Below, piece after piece: positions 45,138 through 53,933 of a DNA stretch of 64,000 nucleotides. Below the pieces are notes generated by a model, which saw nothing but the letters and a program-made list of their open reading frames with translations, was not told the origin of the DNA and did no database searches. The stretch lies in IMG/VR virus record IMGVR_UViG_3300005549_000001. One strand, 5' to 3'. Made by a program: the position numbers and the translations under genes. Positions within the stretch are counted from its first letter, which is position 1. Every line of letters begins with the position of its first letter. This DNA is from an uncultured virus (IMG/VR IMGVR_UViG_3300005549_000001). Its lineage: Duplodnaviria > Heunggongvirae > Uroviricota > Caudoviricetes.

Positions 45138-45527
45138 TCACGCGCCCCGGAGCTCCCGCACGAGGTCGTCGACATCGCCTACCCCTACGGCATCGGCCAA
45201 CCCAGAAAGCGCGTCGGCGGCGCGCTTGCACAGAGCCTCGAGCTCGCGCACGCGCTCGAGTAGGCCGTTACGTAGCCAAGCGTTTTTGGCCGCCTCAGCT
45301 TGATCTGCTTTTCCTCTTTGAACTGCGTAGACCAACATGCTCTCTGCGCAAGCATCTGCTTCTTCCAACACCTCTTTTTCAGTCATACGCAATCGTGCAC
45401 GCAGCAGGACCCACTGCTTCACCAGCAGCCAGGCGACCGGGTCGCGGCCGAGCAGGACGAACACGGGCTCGTCCGGCTCGGCGCGCGAGTAGCAGTCAAA
45501 CTTGCCGGGGTTGTTCTTCGTGCCCAT
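45138..45527 (-). CDS. Conserved phage protein
   Basis: MGTKNNPGKFDCY..AEPDEPVFVLLGRD. Confidence 0.65.
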   Translation of the reverse strand: MGTKNNPGKFDCYSRAEPDEPVFVLLGRDPVAWLLVKQWVLLRARLRMTEKEVLEEADACAESMLVYAVQRGKADQAEAAKNAWLRNGLLERVRELEALCKRAADALSGLADAVGVGDVDDLVRELRGA

Positions 45528-45850
45528 CAGAACCTCGTCGGCGTCCTCGGCGCCTTCGGCGACGGTCGAGGACCGCCCTCGTCGACCCAGGGGGCCGAGT
45601 TCCGGACGGGGTTACGCTTGACGATGACCAGGCGCTGCTCGTCGAACTCGACGTTGGCTGCGACGCCGCCCTCCTTCGTCAGCTTCGTCGGCTCGACCAG
45701 GATGCGCGTGCAGCCGTAGAGCCAGTCGGTGCGCGCGAGGGCGGTGCCCTGAAACCCCGTGTAGACATCGCGGACGGTGTCGCCCAGCAGAATGGGGTTC
45801 GTATCGACCGCTTGCGCGCGTACGACCCGGCACTTTTTCTTTGCCTTCAT
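45527..45850 (-). CDS. Conserved phage protein (SH3-like)
   Basis: LGDTVRD..TGF.G...AR..WLYGC...FDE. Confidence 0.65.
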   Translation of the reverse strand: MKAKKKCRVVRAQAVDTNPILLGDTVRDVYTGFQGTALARTDWLYGCTRILVEPTKLTKEGGVAANVEFDEQRLVIVKRNPVRNSAPWVDEGGPRPSPKAPRTPTRF

Positions 45851-45851
45851 G

Positions 45852-47129
45852 TCAGCCCCCGAACCGCGACAAGTACTCCTTGAGCATCGCGTCAGCGCAC
45901 TGCCCCGCCGTCTGCGCAACGCCCTCCAGGCTCTCGGGCTCGACGAGCTCCTGCAGCTCGAGCTTGTCGATGATCGCTGCCTGAGCAGTCGAAGCGTACG
46001 CCGACCACATGTCCGCGGGCGTCGCGGGCTTCTGCTCGGCGGCGGGGCGGCCGCGGCCGCGCTTCGGCGCCTCTTCAGTGTCGGCCGGCGCCGGCTCGGC
46101 TACCGGCTCCGCGACCGTCTCCACGACGACCTGCGGCGTTGCCGCGGCGGCCGCGCTCTTAGCCGCCAACCGGGCTGCGAGCTTGTTCGCCGGCGCCGCG
46201 GCGACGGTTCCGGTCTGGGCCGGCGGGGGCGGCGCGGCCTGCTGCTGCGCGGGCGGCGCGGTCACTGCGGGCGGGTTCACCTGCCCGGGCGTCGCCGGCG
46301 CGCCGTTCTTTCCCTTGCGGTTGCGGAGCTGGGCCAGATACTCCTCGGTGCTCGTGCTTCTCTGGGTCATGACTGCGACGATCCTCTCTTGCATTGTTAG
46401 ATTGCATTTCTCAACGAACGGACATCCCCCGTACGCCCCGCAGGCGGTGGCGTCGTAGGGCACCTCGAGCGCGGAACCTCCGCCGTCGAGGATGAGCTTC
46501 ATCTCCTTGGCGCTCTGGACGGTCTGCTCGACCCGCGACGAGACGTCCTCGCGGCGGAGCAGCGCACGCACGGCACGCGCGTCGGGCGCGCCCTTGGTGA
46601 GGCCGTACGTCCACTGCACGGCCACCTCGCTCGAGCCGGTCTTCACCATGGCCCACGCGGCGTAGAGCGTCGCCTGCACGTCCTCGGCCATCAGCTCGGG
46701 CTTGAGCGCCCAGTCGAACGAGCTCGTGCTCTTGTGGTCGTAGACCGTCGGGGGCGACAGGTCGGGCATCCACAGGTCGAGCGCCATCGCGAACTTCACA
46801 CCGTCGAGCTCGATGCCGACGTCCATCTCGACGTGACTCGGGTCGACCAGGTGCGGCGGCGGCAGATGCGGCAGGATCATCTGCGCGACCTTCGCCTCCT
46901 TGCTGCCCGATGGGGGCAGACGCTTCTTCAACCACTTCTCGAGGTGGTCGTGCACGCCAATGCCGAAGAGCGCGCCCTTGCCCTTCGGTTTTCTCAACCC
47001 GTCGAGCTGCTGGAAGGCCCACTTGCGCGGGCAGAGCTCGTACTCGGAGACCTGGCTCGGCGAGCTCTCGTAGACGAGGGGCAAGCACGTTACTTTTTCT
47101 CTTATATCGCTCACTAGATAATCCGTCAA
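45852..47129 (-). CDS. PD-(D/E)XK (RecB/Cas4-like) exonuclease with a low-complexity C-terminus
   Basis: SPSQ..YELCPRKW, G..VH..LE, LDL, YDHKS, Q..LYA, C..YGGCPF..C. Confidence 0.85.
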   Translation of the reverse strand: MTDYLVSDIREKVTCLPLVYESSPSQVSEYELCPRKWAFQQLDGLRKPKGKGALFGIGVHDHLEKWLKKRLPPSGSKEAKVAQMILPHLPPPHLVDPSHVEMDVGIELDGVKFAMALDLWMPDLSPPTVYDHKSTSSFDWALKPELMAEDVQATLYAAWAMVKTGSSEVAVQWTYGLTKGAPDARAVRALLRREDVSSRVEQTVQSAKEMKLILDGGGSALEVPYDATACGAYGGCPFVEKCNLTMQERIVAVMTQRSTSTEEYLAQLRNRKGKNGAPATPGQVNPPAVTAPPAQQQAAPPPPAQTGTVAAAPANKLAARLAAKSAAAAATPQVVVETVAEPVAEPAPADTEEAPKRGRGRPAAEQKPATPADMWSAYASTAQAAIIDKLELQELVEPESLEGVAQTAGQCADAMLKEYLSRFGG

Positions 47130-47374
47130 ATTCTTTTTGCGGCGCCGATGTGCAGGTGCTTCGTCGCGACGCGAACGGCGCGGCTACGAAATTTCTCACC
47201 GCTGGCAGCAGTCAGGATGATCCACGCCTTCTTATCGGCGGGGCAGAGCCACCACCAGAGCAGATTCGCCAGATCCCACCAGCGCACCGAGACCGTGATC
47301 CAGACCGACTCGTCGGGGAACACGACGGCCAGGCCGTGCACGGGGAAGGAGTCGACGTGGACAATTTGATGCAT
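47126..47374 (-). CDS. Hypothetical Trp-rich protein
   Basis: Coupled ORF. Confidence 0.45.
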   Translation of the reverse strand: MHQIVHVDSFPVHGLAVVFPDESVWITVSVRWWDLANLLWWWLCPADKKAWIILTAASGEKFRSRAVRVATKHLHIGAAKRI

Positions 47375-47700
47375 CACTCCGCCGCCTCCACACACGAGCC
47401 GTGAAAGTAACGCCAGTGCCCCTCGAGCCCTCGCTCGTAGCCGAAGGTCCTGCGGCAGAGCACGCACGCGCACGTCGCAGGCAGCGGCTCGATGACGTAG
47501 CGCCGGCGCAGGAAGCGGTCGGCGTGGCGGGCGAGCTTGGCGCGCTCGGCTTCTTTTTGGAGACGGTCACGCTGAAGGAGGGCTTGCTTGTAGCTGCGGC
47601 GCTCCCGGAGATGGGACGGGACGTGCGCAGCTTCGGCGAAGATCTCGAGGATGGTGGCGACGTACGCCTCAACGCGCAGCTCATAGACGTCGTCTGCCAT
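47374..47700 (-). CDS. Hypothetical zinc-finger protein
   Basis: CVLC...H..C; TGATG coupling. Confidence 0.45.
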   Translation of the reverse strand: MADDVYELRVEAYVATILEIFAEAAHVPSHLRERRSYKQALLQRDRLQKEAERAKLARHADRFLRRRYVIEPLPATCACVLCRRTFGYERGLEGHWRYFHGSCVEAAE

Positions 47701-48251
47701 CAGATCCTGGGGGATTCTGCAATCACTTGGTTCTTGCAAAAAGAAGTGAATTCATCGCCGAGCTGCACATGCATCGCTCTAGGCCACAACATGCGTTCTT
47801 CCTCTGCAGTGATAGGCCACGGTGAGGCCAGCACCCAAGGAAACTCTCTCCAACTATATGTCTTTGAGATGTAGGAATCGTACAACGTCAGTTGGCACAA
47901 ACAGTCTCCAATGCTGATCTTTTCTATCTTCACCTCAATAAAAATATTCGGAGCACATAGAGGGTGATGGCTAGCAAAAATTATCAGATCAACGAAACCG
48001 ATCGTCGTCTTGTATTGGTTTTCGCCTTTTTCAATCGGAACTTCGAAAGCAGAGTAAGTTGTGCCCATCAAGGCATCGAAGGAGTTCGCAGACTCTTCAG
48101 GTGCTTGCATCTTCTCCGCGATCATAAGAACTATCGATTGCACTTTTTCGCGGTCTGCAAGGTACTGACACGCGAGATCGTGCTGCGAATTCTTCTTATC
48201 CGGATCGGCAAAGCCAAGCCTAGAAAGTAGCGTACGATCGTGCGAATGCAT
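47700..48251 (-). CDS. PD-(D/E)XK-like nuclease
   Basis: FEVP..GFVDL...FIEVK...QL..Y; AT-rich. Confidence 0.6.
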   Translation of the reverse strand: MHSHDRTLLSRLGFADPDKKNSQHDLACQYLADREKVQSIVLMIAEKMQAPEESANSFDALMGTTYSAFEVPIEKGENQYKTTIGFVDLIIFASHHPLCAPNIFIEVKIEKISIGDCLCQLTLYDSYISKTYSWREFPWVLASPWPITAEEERMLWPRAMHVQLGDEFTSFCKNQVIAESPRI

Positions 48252-48253
48252 TT

Positions 48254-50665
48254 TTAGTTTAATCCCTTTTCCTTCTTTTTTAGTACGTTCACCTGCGTGT
48301 CGCGCGACAGCGCCGCCTCGATCGCCTCCTTGTCTGCGAAGCCCGTGCGCTCGGCCCACGCGATGAGGTTGTCGACGTTGAAGACGCGGTAGTTCACGCG
48401 CTTGCCCTCGTCGTTGTCGAGCCGCACGCGCGGCACGTTCTTGCAGAGCGCGATGAGGTCGCTCGAGAGGTGACCTGTGAACGGGCACTTCTCGTTCTTC
48501 ACGTAGTGGTCCCAGCACTCGATGATGCCCTGCGCGTTCACGAGCAAGCGGTGGTTGTCGATTCGGACGAGGTTGTGCCCGCGCGAATCAGTGTCGAACT
48601 TGCCCGGGCTCATGAGGTAGCCCGTGAGCCACTGACAGATCGCCGAGCGCACGCCGGTGCGCGTGACGAGCTGTCGCTGTAGTCCCTGGTCCTCGACCTT
48701 GATGAGGAACCTGCCTCGCCTCTCCCACGGGTGGTTCTGGACGAGCCAGAGCACGTGCTCGGCGATCATGTCGCCCTCGACCCACTTGTTCGTGTCGGTG
48801 TTCTCCAGGTACGCCTTGGCCTCGGGCTGCGTCGGCACGTGGAAGTAGCGGTCGATGATGGCGTCAATGTCGAACGCGGAGAGGTTCTCCTGCGTCGAGA
48901 GCACGTCCTCGTTGTTTGCGGCGACGATGGTGCGCGTCGCTCCCTCGAGCGTCGCGTTCGGCTGGAACTTCCTCTTGAGCGGTCGGCGCGTAGCCTGGAT
49001 GTGAATTCTCAGGTCCGCGTTCTTCGCAAAACCTCTCGCGTCCTTCGGTAGCTGCTCATCGGCGAAGCAGAGCGGACAGCTCGCCAGCGTCTCGTTGAAG
49101 TCTCCGAAGACCTCCTCGAGCGGCGTCGGCCGCGACGTCGTCCAGATGCGCGAGACGCCGAGCGCGAGCAGGCTCTTGCCCGTGCCCTTGAGCCCCGTCA
49201 GAAACAGAGCGACGCACGGCTCCTGCAGGTACGTCACGACTGCGAGCCAGGTCTTCAGGTCCTCGTACTTGTCGCCCGCCATGAGAAAGAGCCAGTCGTC
49301 GATCTCCTGATGGAACGTGGGATTGATGCTCCGCATCGGGCAGGGCGCCTCGAACAAGGTTCGCGAGGCGTCGTCGTAGCGCGCGACCTGCGCGCGCAGG
49401 TCGAGCACGGTCTTCTGCGCCACGGTGCCGTACTGCCTCACGAGCTCGACGATGCTCTTTGGCACGACGCCGCCGTCCTTGCTCGTCTTGTAGAGCGAGA
49501 CGCCGGCGCTGATGGCGGGCGCGAGTGCGCGGTCCGCCGACGCCAGCATGTCGTCCTTCGTGTACGGTCCCTCGTAACCGCCGGCGACGAAGAAGTAGTA
49601 GCTACCACCACGCTGGATGATCCAGCGCTTGCTGATGGCTTCGCCGAAAGACTCGAGCTCGCCGAGCGAGTACGGGTCGCTCCTGCCATTTCTGAACGCT
49701 TCACGGATGCGCTGAGCCTGCTGATCCTTTTCTTTTTCTTTTTCAGCGCGCACCTTCTCCTGCGCGCGACGGACCTTGTACGCCATGCGCTCAACCGCCT
49801 TGGCGGCCCACCCGGACGGCTCGCCGTGGAGCTTCTCCATCCGGTCTAAGCTCAGCAGAAAGTGCTCTGCGACGGACTCAGGCGTGCAGTCGGCAAAGCG
49901 CTCTCCGAGCACGAGCGAGAGCTTGAAGAGCGCGTCGTCTCGCTGCCCTGACTCGGCGAAGCTCTCGCCATTGAGCACCTTGAGCAGGAGCTCGCCGATG
50001 TCGCTCCGGTACTCGTCTGACTTTTTGCGCGCTAGGTTCTTCGCAAATTTCTCGAGCTGCTCGCGCTTGAGCTTGCTCTGGGGCGCGGCGGGTGCGACGG
50101 CCACGACCGCGGCCGCGTCGAGCTTGAGCACCTCGTCGACGTCGAGCGCCTCGCCGTCGAAGACGCGGACGAAGTTGTGCTCCTCGGTGCCCGCCGGGGC
50201 GAAGGGGCCGAAGTAGATCCGGCTCGCGTCGCGGCACAGCGGGTCACAGAGGCCGGGGAAGAGCGACGCGGCCCGGACCCAGAATCGCTCCCAGGAGAAG
50301 CCCGACACGGGCCGCGAGAGCGGGATGATGACGCGGAGCTTGGACAGGGGCGCCGCGGCGACGTGGCTCCAGGTCGTGTAGAGCACGGCCCGCAGGCCGA
50401 GCTGCTCCACGGACTCGAACAGGCGCAGGACGGCCGCCTCGTCGAGGTTGTCCGCGTCGATGACGAAGGCCGAGACCTCGACGACGCGGCTGGCCTCCCG
50501 GGCCGGGCAGTTCGGCGGGTAGCAGGCCGGACTAAACGCCGGGCACTGCTCTTTTACCGTCTTATTGTACCTGTGCTGGCTGAACTCCCCGACCAATTCG
50601 TCCCAGTCAGGCTCCCACGGGCGCGGAACCTCATCGAAAGCATTCGGAAAGAGGGAGAATCTCAT
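48254..50665 (-). CDS. Primase (AEP-like) fused to an SF3-like NTPase/helicase
   Basis: FVIDAD, YTTWSH, KLRVIIPLSRPV, DASRIYF; Walker A GLKGTGKS, FADE, AAN, DRY. Confidence 0.85.
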   Translation of the reverse strand: MRFSLFPNAFDEVPRPWEPDWDELVGEFSQHRYNKTVKEQCPAFSPACYPPNCPAREASRVVEVSAFVIDADNLDEAAVLRLFESVEQLGLRAVLYTTWSHVAAAPLSKLRVIIPLSRPVSGFSWERFWVRAASLFPGLCDPLCRDASRIYFGPFAPAGTEEHNFVRVFDGEALDVDEVLKLDAAAVVAVAPAAPQSKLKREQLEKFAKNLARKKSDEYRSDIGELLLKVLNGESFAESGQRDDALFKLSLVLGERFADCTPESVAEHFLLSLDRMEKLHGEPSGWAAKAVERMAYKVRRAQEKVRAEKEKEKDQQAQRIREAFRNGRSDPYSLGELESFGEAISKRWIIQRGGSYYFFVAGGYEGPYTKDDMLASADRALAPAISAGVSLYKTSKDGGVVPKSIVELVRQYGTVAQKTVLDLRAQVARYDDASRTLFEAPCPMRSINPTFHQEIDDWLFLMAGDKYEDLKTWLAVVTYLQEPCVALFLTGLKGTGKSLLALGVSRIWTTSRPTPLEEVFGDFNETLASCPLCFADEQLPKDARGFAKNADLRIHIQATRRPLKRKFQPNATLEGATRTIVAANNEDVLSTQENLSAFDIDAIIDRYFHVPTQPEAKAYLENTDTNKWVEGDMIAEHVLWLVQNHPWERRGRFLIKVEDQGLQRQLVTRTGVRSAICQWLTGYLMSPGKFDTDSRGHNLVRIDNHRLLVNAQGIIECWDHYVKNEKCPFTGHLSSDLIALCKNVPRVRLDNDEGKRVNYRVFNVDNLIAWAERTGFADKEAIEAALSRDTQVNVLKKKEKGLN

Positions 50666-50987
50666 CCCTCTTGACCCAAAGACGTGACTTTGTTACCGTA
50701 AGTATCGGTCGAGCACGGCATTGCTCAGACTTCTCCTCGGGCTCTGGGGCTTCCAAGTTTCCCAGGGCCCGTGGTTTTTTGTGGGGATCTAGGACGCGAG
50801 CTTTCGGTTCTACACGAGCCGGCCGCCGCGCGTCAAGACTTCGGAAAACGACGCACCAGTCGGCGCAAATTCAGCTTGACCTGGCTGGTGTCGACTGGCA
50901 GGGTGGCCGATCTGCGCTGAGGTTTTGCTCGACGCAGAGGGGTCCCCGGACCCCTACCGAGAGTAAGTAGCCGACATCGCTCACTTC

Positions 50988-51252
50988 GTCTCATGTCTCA
51001 CCGTGTCTCACGGCCGTTTGAGACACTTTTGATAGGCTATGTGAGCGAGATCGCTGTACTTGTCTCAGCGTCTCACGCTTTCGCGACTTTCCGTAGGGAG
51101 AGAAAAAACTACTCTATTCAGATCTCTTCTATACTCTTTTTCTTGTGAGACACTGAGACAATGAGACGTCATAAAGAAAATCATATAGTTAAGTAATAGA
51201 AATCGTCTCACGAGTGTCTCAATCCTACCTTTTCGGTCAAGATCATTGAGAC
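50988..51252. repeat. Iteron-like cluster of 12 GTCTCA/TGAGAC hexamers, probable replication origin
   Basis: Copies at 50988, 50995, 51005, 51019(rc), 51062, 51070, 51146(rc), 51154(rc), 51162(rc), 51205, 51216, 51247(rc), in AT-rich non-coding DNA upstream of the primase. Confidence 0.75.
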
Positions 51253-51313
51253 AAAAAGAATTGTTTTGCAAAATGATTTGCGCGTGAAAAATCGACGCGG
51301 CCATTTTCTTGTT

Positions 51314-51763
51314 TCAAATACCTCGCTCAGGCGGCCTCGGCGGCGATTTTGGTTCGCTAAAGGTCTCCACGCGCCTCACCCGCACCCCGGCCTTGTTCGC
51401 GATGCGCGCCATGCCCTGGGTACCCCGCCCCCCGGGCAGCGGCGCCGCGACCACTGCCACGTCGTAGCCGTGCTCCTGCAGGATGAGCAGGAGCCGCAGC
51501 ATCTCCCGGTTTCGGGCCATGCCGGCCGCGTTCCGGTCACCCCTCGCCTCGAACTTCTCCCACTGCGCCGGCAGGGGCACGACGGAGACCTTCCGGTTAA
51601 AGAAAGACTCGGCCATGACCTCGGCGTACGCCGAGACCATGGCGTCCGCCCCCGTCGGGCAGTCGCCGTGGAGGATGACGTCCGGGTCCTCCTCCAGGAT
51701 GGCCAGGTGGAGGGCCTCCTCGTCGGTCCACTCGCGCGAGCCGGAGACGATGATGGCCTTCAC
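51314..51763 (-). CDS. SLOG/YspA-like (DUF2493) protein
   Basis: IIVSGSREW.D, ILHGDC.TGAD, AGMARNREML, GRGT. Confidence 0.8.
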   Translation of the reverse strand: MKAIIVSGSREWTDEEALHLAILEEDPDVILHGDCPTGADAMVSAYAEVMAESFFNRKVSVVPLPAQWEKFEARGDRNAAGMARNREMLRLLLILQEHGYDVAVVAAPLPGGRGTQGMARIANKAGVRVRRVETFSEPKSPPRPPERGI

Positions 51764-52008
51764 GGCGGCGACCAGTCCCTCTTCGTGCGCTCGTGCCGCT
51801 CGAGCTCCTCGTCGAGCTCGCGCTCGTCTTCGGCCCAGTCCTCCTGCAGCGCGACGAGCAGCTCCTCGATGACCCTAACGGCGAGGCGCCCGTGCCGCCG
51901 CGTGCGGTCGTATCCGAGCTCGGCGTGGGCGGCGTTCTTGACGGCGTCGACGAGGGCGATGGCCTGGGCGAGCCCCGCCGTGAGCTCGTCGATCTTCTGC
52001 TGGTTCAC
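51760..52008 (-). CDS. Hypothetical helical protein
   Basis: Coupled ORF. Confidence 0.45.
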   Translation of the reverse strand: MNQQKIDELTAGLAQAIALVDAVKNAAHAELGYDRTRRHGRLAVRVIEELLVALQEDWAEDERELDEELERHERTKRDWSPP

Positions 52009-52286
52009 CTCTCGTCGTCCTCGTCCTCGTCGTCCTCGTCTTCGTCAGCGAATCCGTCGAGCTCGTCGAGCAGCGCGTCGGCGTACTCGACAGCCCAACG
52101 GGCGGCCCATTCAGGTTCGAAAGGATTTTCGAGATCCGGAGGACCGATGGCGGTTAGGAGCCCCTGCATGCACGCGATCGCGACCCGCTCTCGGCGAGCG
52201 GCGTCGAGCAGCGTCTCGCTCGCCCTCTCAGTCGCGCGCACTCCGCGCTCGATGGTCTTCCTGTTCGTCTTTCTCTTCGTTGCCAT
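52005..52286 (-). CDS. Conserved small phage protein (R..A..AMQG.L family)
   Basis: RERVAIACMQGLL...AV.YADALL..L; AAGGAG RBS. Confidence 0.6.
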   Translation of the reverse strand: MATKRKTNRKTIERGVRATERASETLLDAARRERVAIACMQGLLTAIGPPDLENPFEPEWAARWAVEYADALLDELDGFADEDEDDEDEDDER

Positions 52287-52309
52287 GTTCACTCCTTTTT
52301 GGTTTCTGA

Positions 52310-52492
52310 CTCGTCCATGCGGCGGGAATTGCACCCGCTTGCTCGGTACCGGCCCGGGCTTGAACCGGGAGCCTCGGCGGTCGTAAGAACCTGCTGGTTG
52401 GATGTTCGGCGCCCTTGTCGCCCATCCCCCACCTTGCTGTCTCCCGGCGTTGCCGCCGGTCGTGGGTTTGATTTTCGAGCCTGCTTACGATC
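52310..52492 (-). ncRNA. Candidate structured non-coding RNA with two T-arm-like hairpins
   Basis: Intergenic. Stems UCGUAAG/CUUACGA, CCGGCG-GCAA-CGCCGG, GGAUG/CAUCC, CCCGG-UUCAAGC-CCGGG and GCGGG-UGCAAUU-CCCGC. Confidence 0.4.
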
Positions 52493-52664
52493 AGTCGCGT
52501 CGCTGTCCGCGATGCGCATGGATTATTCGGCCTCGAACGCGGCGTCGAATGCGGCCTTGGCGTCGCGGAGCCGTCTTGTAGTGGCCGCGCTCGGTGCGCT
52601 CGACGGTCCAGCCCTGTCTTCGGAGCTCCCCGACTATCTCACGCGACTCCTTGGACTCGGTCAT
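52491..52664 (-). CDS. HicA-like small protein, possibly truncated
   Basis: REIVGELRRQGWTVERTERGHYK; the C-terminus looks degenerate. Confidence 0.4.
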   Translation of the reverse strand: MTESKESREIVGELRRQGWTVERTERGHYKTAPRRQGRIRRRVRGRIIHAHRGQRRD

Positions 52665-52666
52665 GG

Positions 52667-52912
52667 CTAACTCGATATTGCGGCGTCGTAGTAGAGGGCG
52701 ACGAAGCCGCAGGACTTGCAGATGTGTGGTCGGCAGAAGATGAGTACGCCTCCGAGAAAGACCTCCTGCTTTCGCGCGTCGGCCTCGGTAAGCAGCTGCA
52801 TTGACACAGCAGAGCCTGTACCGTCGGCGTGCACCACTAGGACGAAGGTGTTCACGCCCTCGCACGACAGGCATTTTTCTGGCAGTTTGATTGGTATTTG
52901 CAAAAGAGTCAC
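52667..52912 (-). CDS. Zinc-ribbon protein
   Basis: CLSC...CKSCG; GTG start overlaps the upstream TAG. Confidence 0.5.
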   Translation of the reverse strand: MTLLQIPIKLPEKCLSCEGVNTFVLVVHADGTGSAVSMQLLTEADARKQEVFLGGVLIFCRPHICKSCGFVALYYDAAISS

Positions 52913-53370
52913 TAGACCTCCAAGAGCTGCTTCGCCACAAGTGTCAGGCTCGCGCGCCTGGGCGTAGTCGCGGGGTCCTGCAGCTTGTGGCCGCAGAAGG
53001 GGCAGAAGCAGAAGTAGACGGGGTCCTGGTCCTCGTCCTTCCAGCCCTCGCCCCACCACTCAGGTTCGCCGAACTCATTGACGACCTACTGCACGCCGAG
53101 GTCGCCGCAGCCGGGGCACTTCTTCGCGAGCTTGCTCATTTTCTCTGTTGCTTGGGACTGAAAGTAGGCGTTCGCAGTCCGCGTGAAGACGGGAGCGGGT
53201 CGGCATTGATGACCTCCGCATTCAGGGCACCAGTGAGCGTCGCTGGTGGCTCCGTACGCGAGGCCTTTTCCCATGCAACGCATGCAATAAGGATTCGGAA
53301 CCGTGAAGTTTGGTCCCAAGATCCTGGGCACCGTGACGCCACACTTGTCGCAGATCCATTTGTCGCTCAC
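52912..53370 (-). pseudogene. Multi-CxxC protein interrupted by an in-frame TAG at 53086-53088
   Basis: CDKC, CMRC, CPEC, CPGC, then TAG, then in frame VVNEFGEPEWW...FCPFCG...LLEV* whose stop couples to the next start. Confidence 0.5.
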
Positions 53371-53933
53371 GGCCGCCACCCCTGCCCGCGAAGCACGCGC
53401 GCGACGTCGGGCGGCTGCCACCCCTCGGGCTTCAGGATCTTTCCGTCAGCGCGCTTCTCGCTGCCGACCTTGGCCATGTTCGCGCGCTGCACCTCGGCGA
53501 GCACGGGGCCGCCGTCGATGCCGAACTCCTGGCGCGTCCCCTCGACCACGTAGTCGAGGTCGCAGAGCGCGTCGGCGAGCGTAGGCAGGTCGATGATCAC
53601 CTTGCAGTCTCTGATGTCCTCGAATACCTGCTCGCGCGTGTCGGCGAGCTCGGGGTCTCGTAGGCACGCCTCGAGCGCCTCGAAGAACTCCTCGGCGATC
53701 AGGCGCAGCCGCATGCGCACGCGTTCTTCTGGCGGCACCTGCGGCTCGCTGAGCACGGGCTGGTCCATGACGCGGTGAAAGTGCAGGACGTTCGCGCGTA
53801 TGTCGCGCGCCCGGCCCTCCTCGCGCAGCCGCGTGTTCGACTCGAGCAGCTCCTGCTCGCGCGCCCGCAGTCGCTCCACTTCTTTACGAAGATCGAGAAT
53901 TTGTGCGACGACGGCTTCGGTTTCAGATTTCAT
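53367..53933 (-). CDS. NTP pyrophosphohydrolase (PRA-PH/MazG-like)
   Basis: RLIAEEFFE, ADALCDLDYV, VQRANMAK, DGKILKPEGW. Confidence 0.85.
   Translation of the reverse strand: MKSETEAVVAQILDLRKEVERLRAREQELLESNTRLREEGRARDIRANVLHFHRVMDQPVLSEPQVPPEERVRMRLRLIAEEFFEALEACLRDPELADTREQVFEDIRDCKVIIDLPTLADALCDLDYVVEGTRQEFGIDGGPVLAEVQRANMAKVGSEKRADGKILKPEGWQPPDVARVLRGQGWRP

Noticed and set aside
50988..51252. CRISPR array
   Set aside because: The repeats are 6-8 nt, in mixed orientation and irregularly spaced, and there is no cas operon. The Cas4-like nuclease is a stand-alone phage exonuclease.
52315..52380. tRNA gene
   Set aside because: Only T-arm-like hairpins are present. I cannot build a matching acceptor stem, D-arm and anticodon arm.
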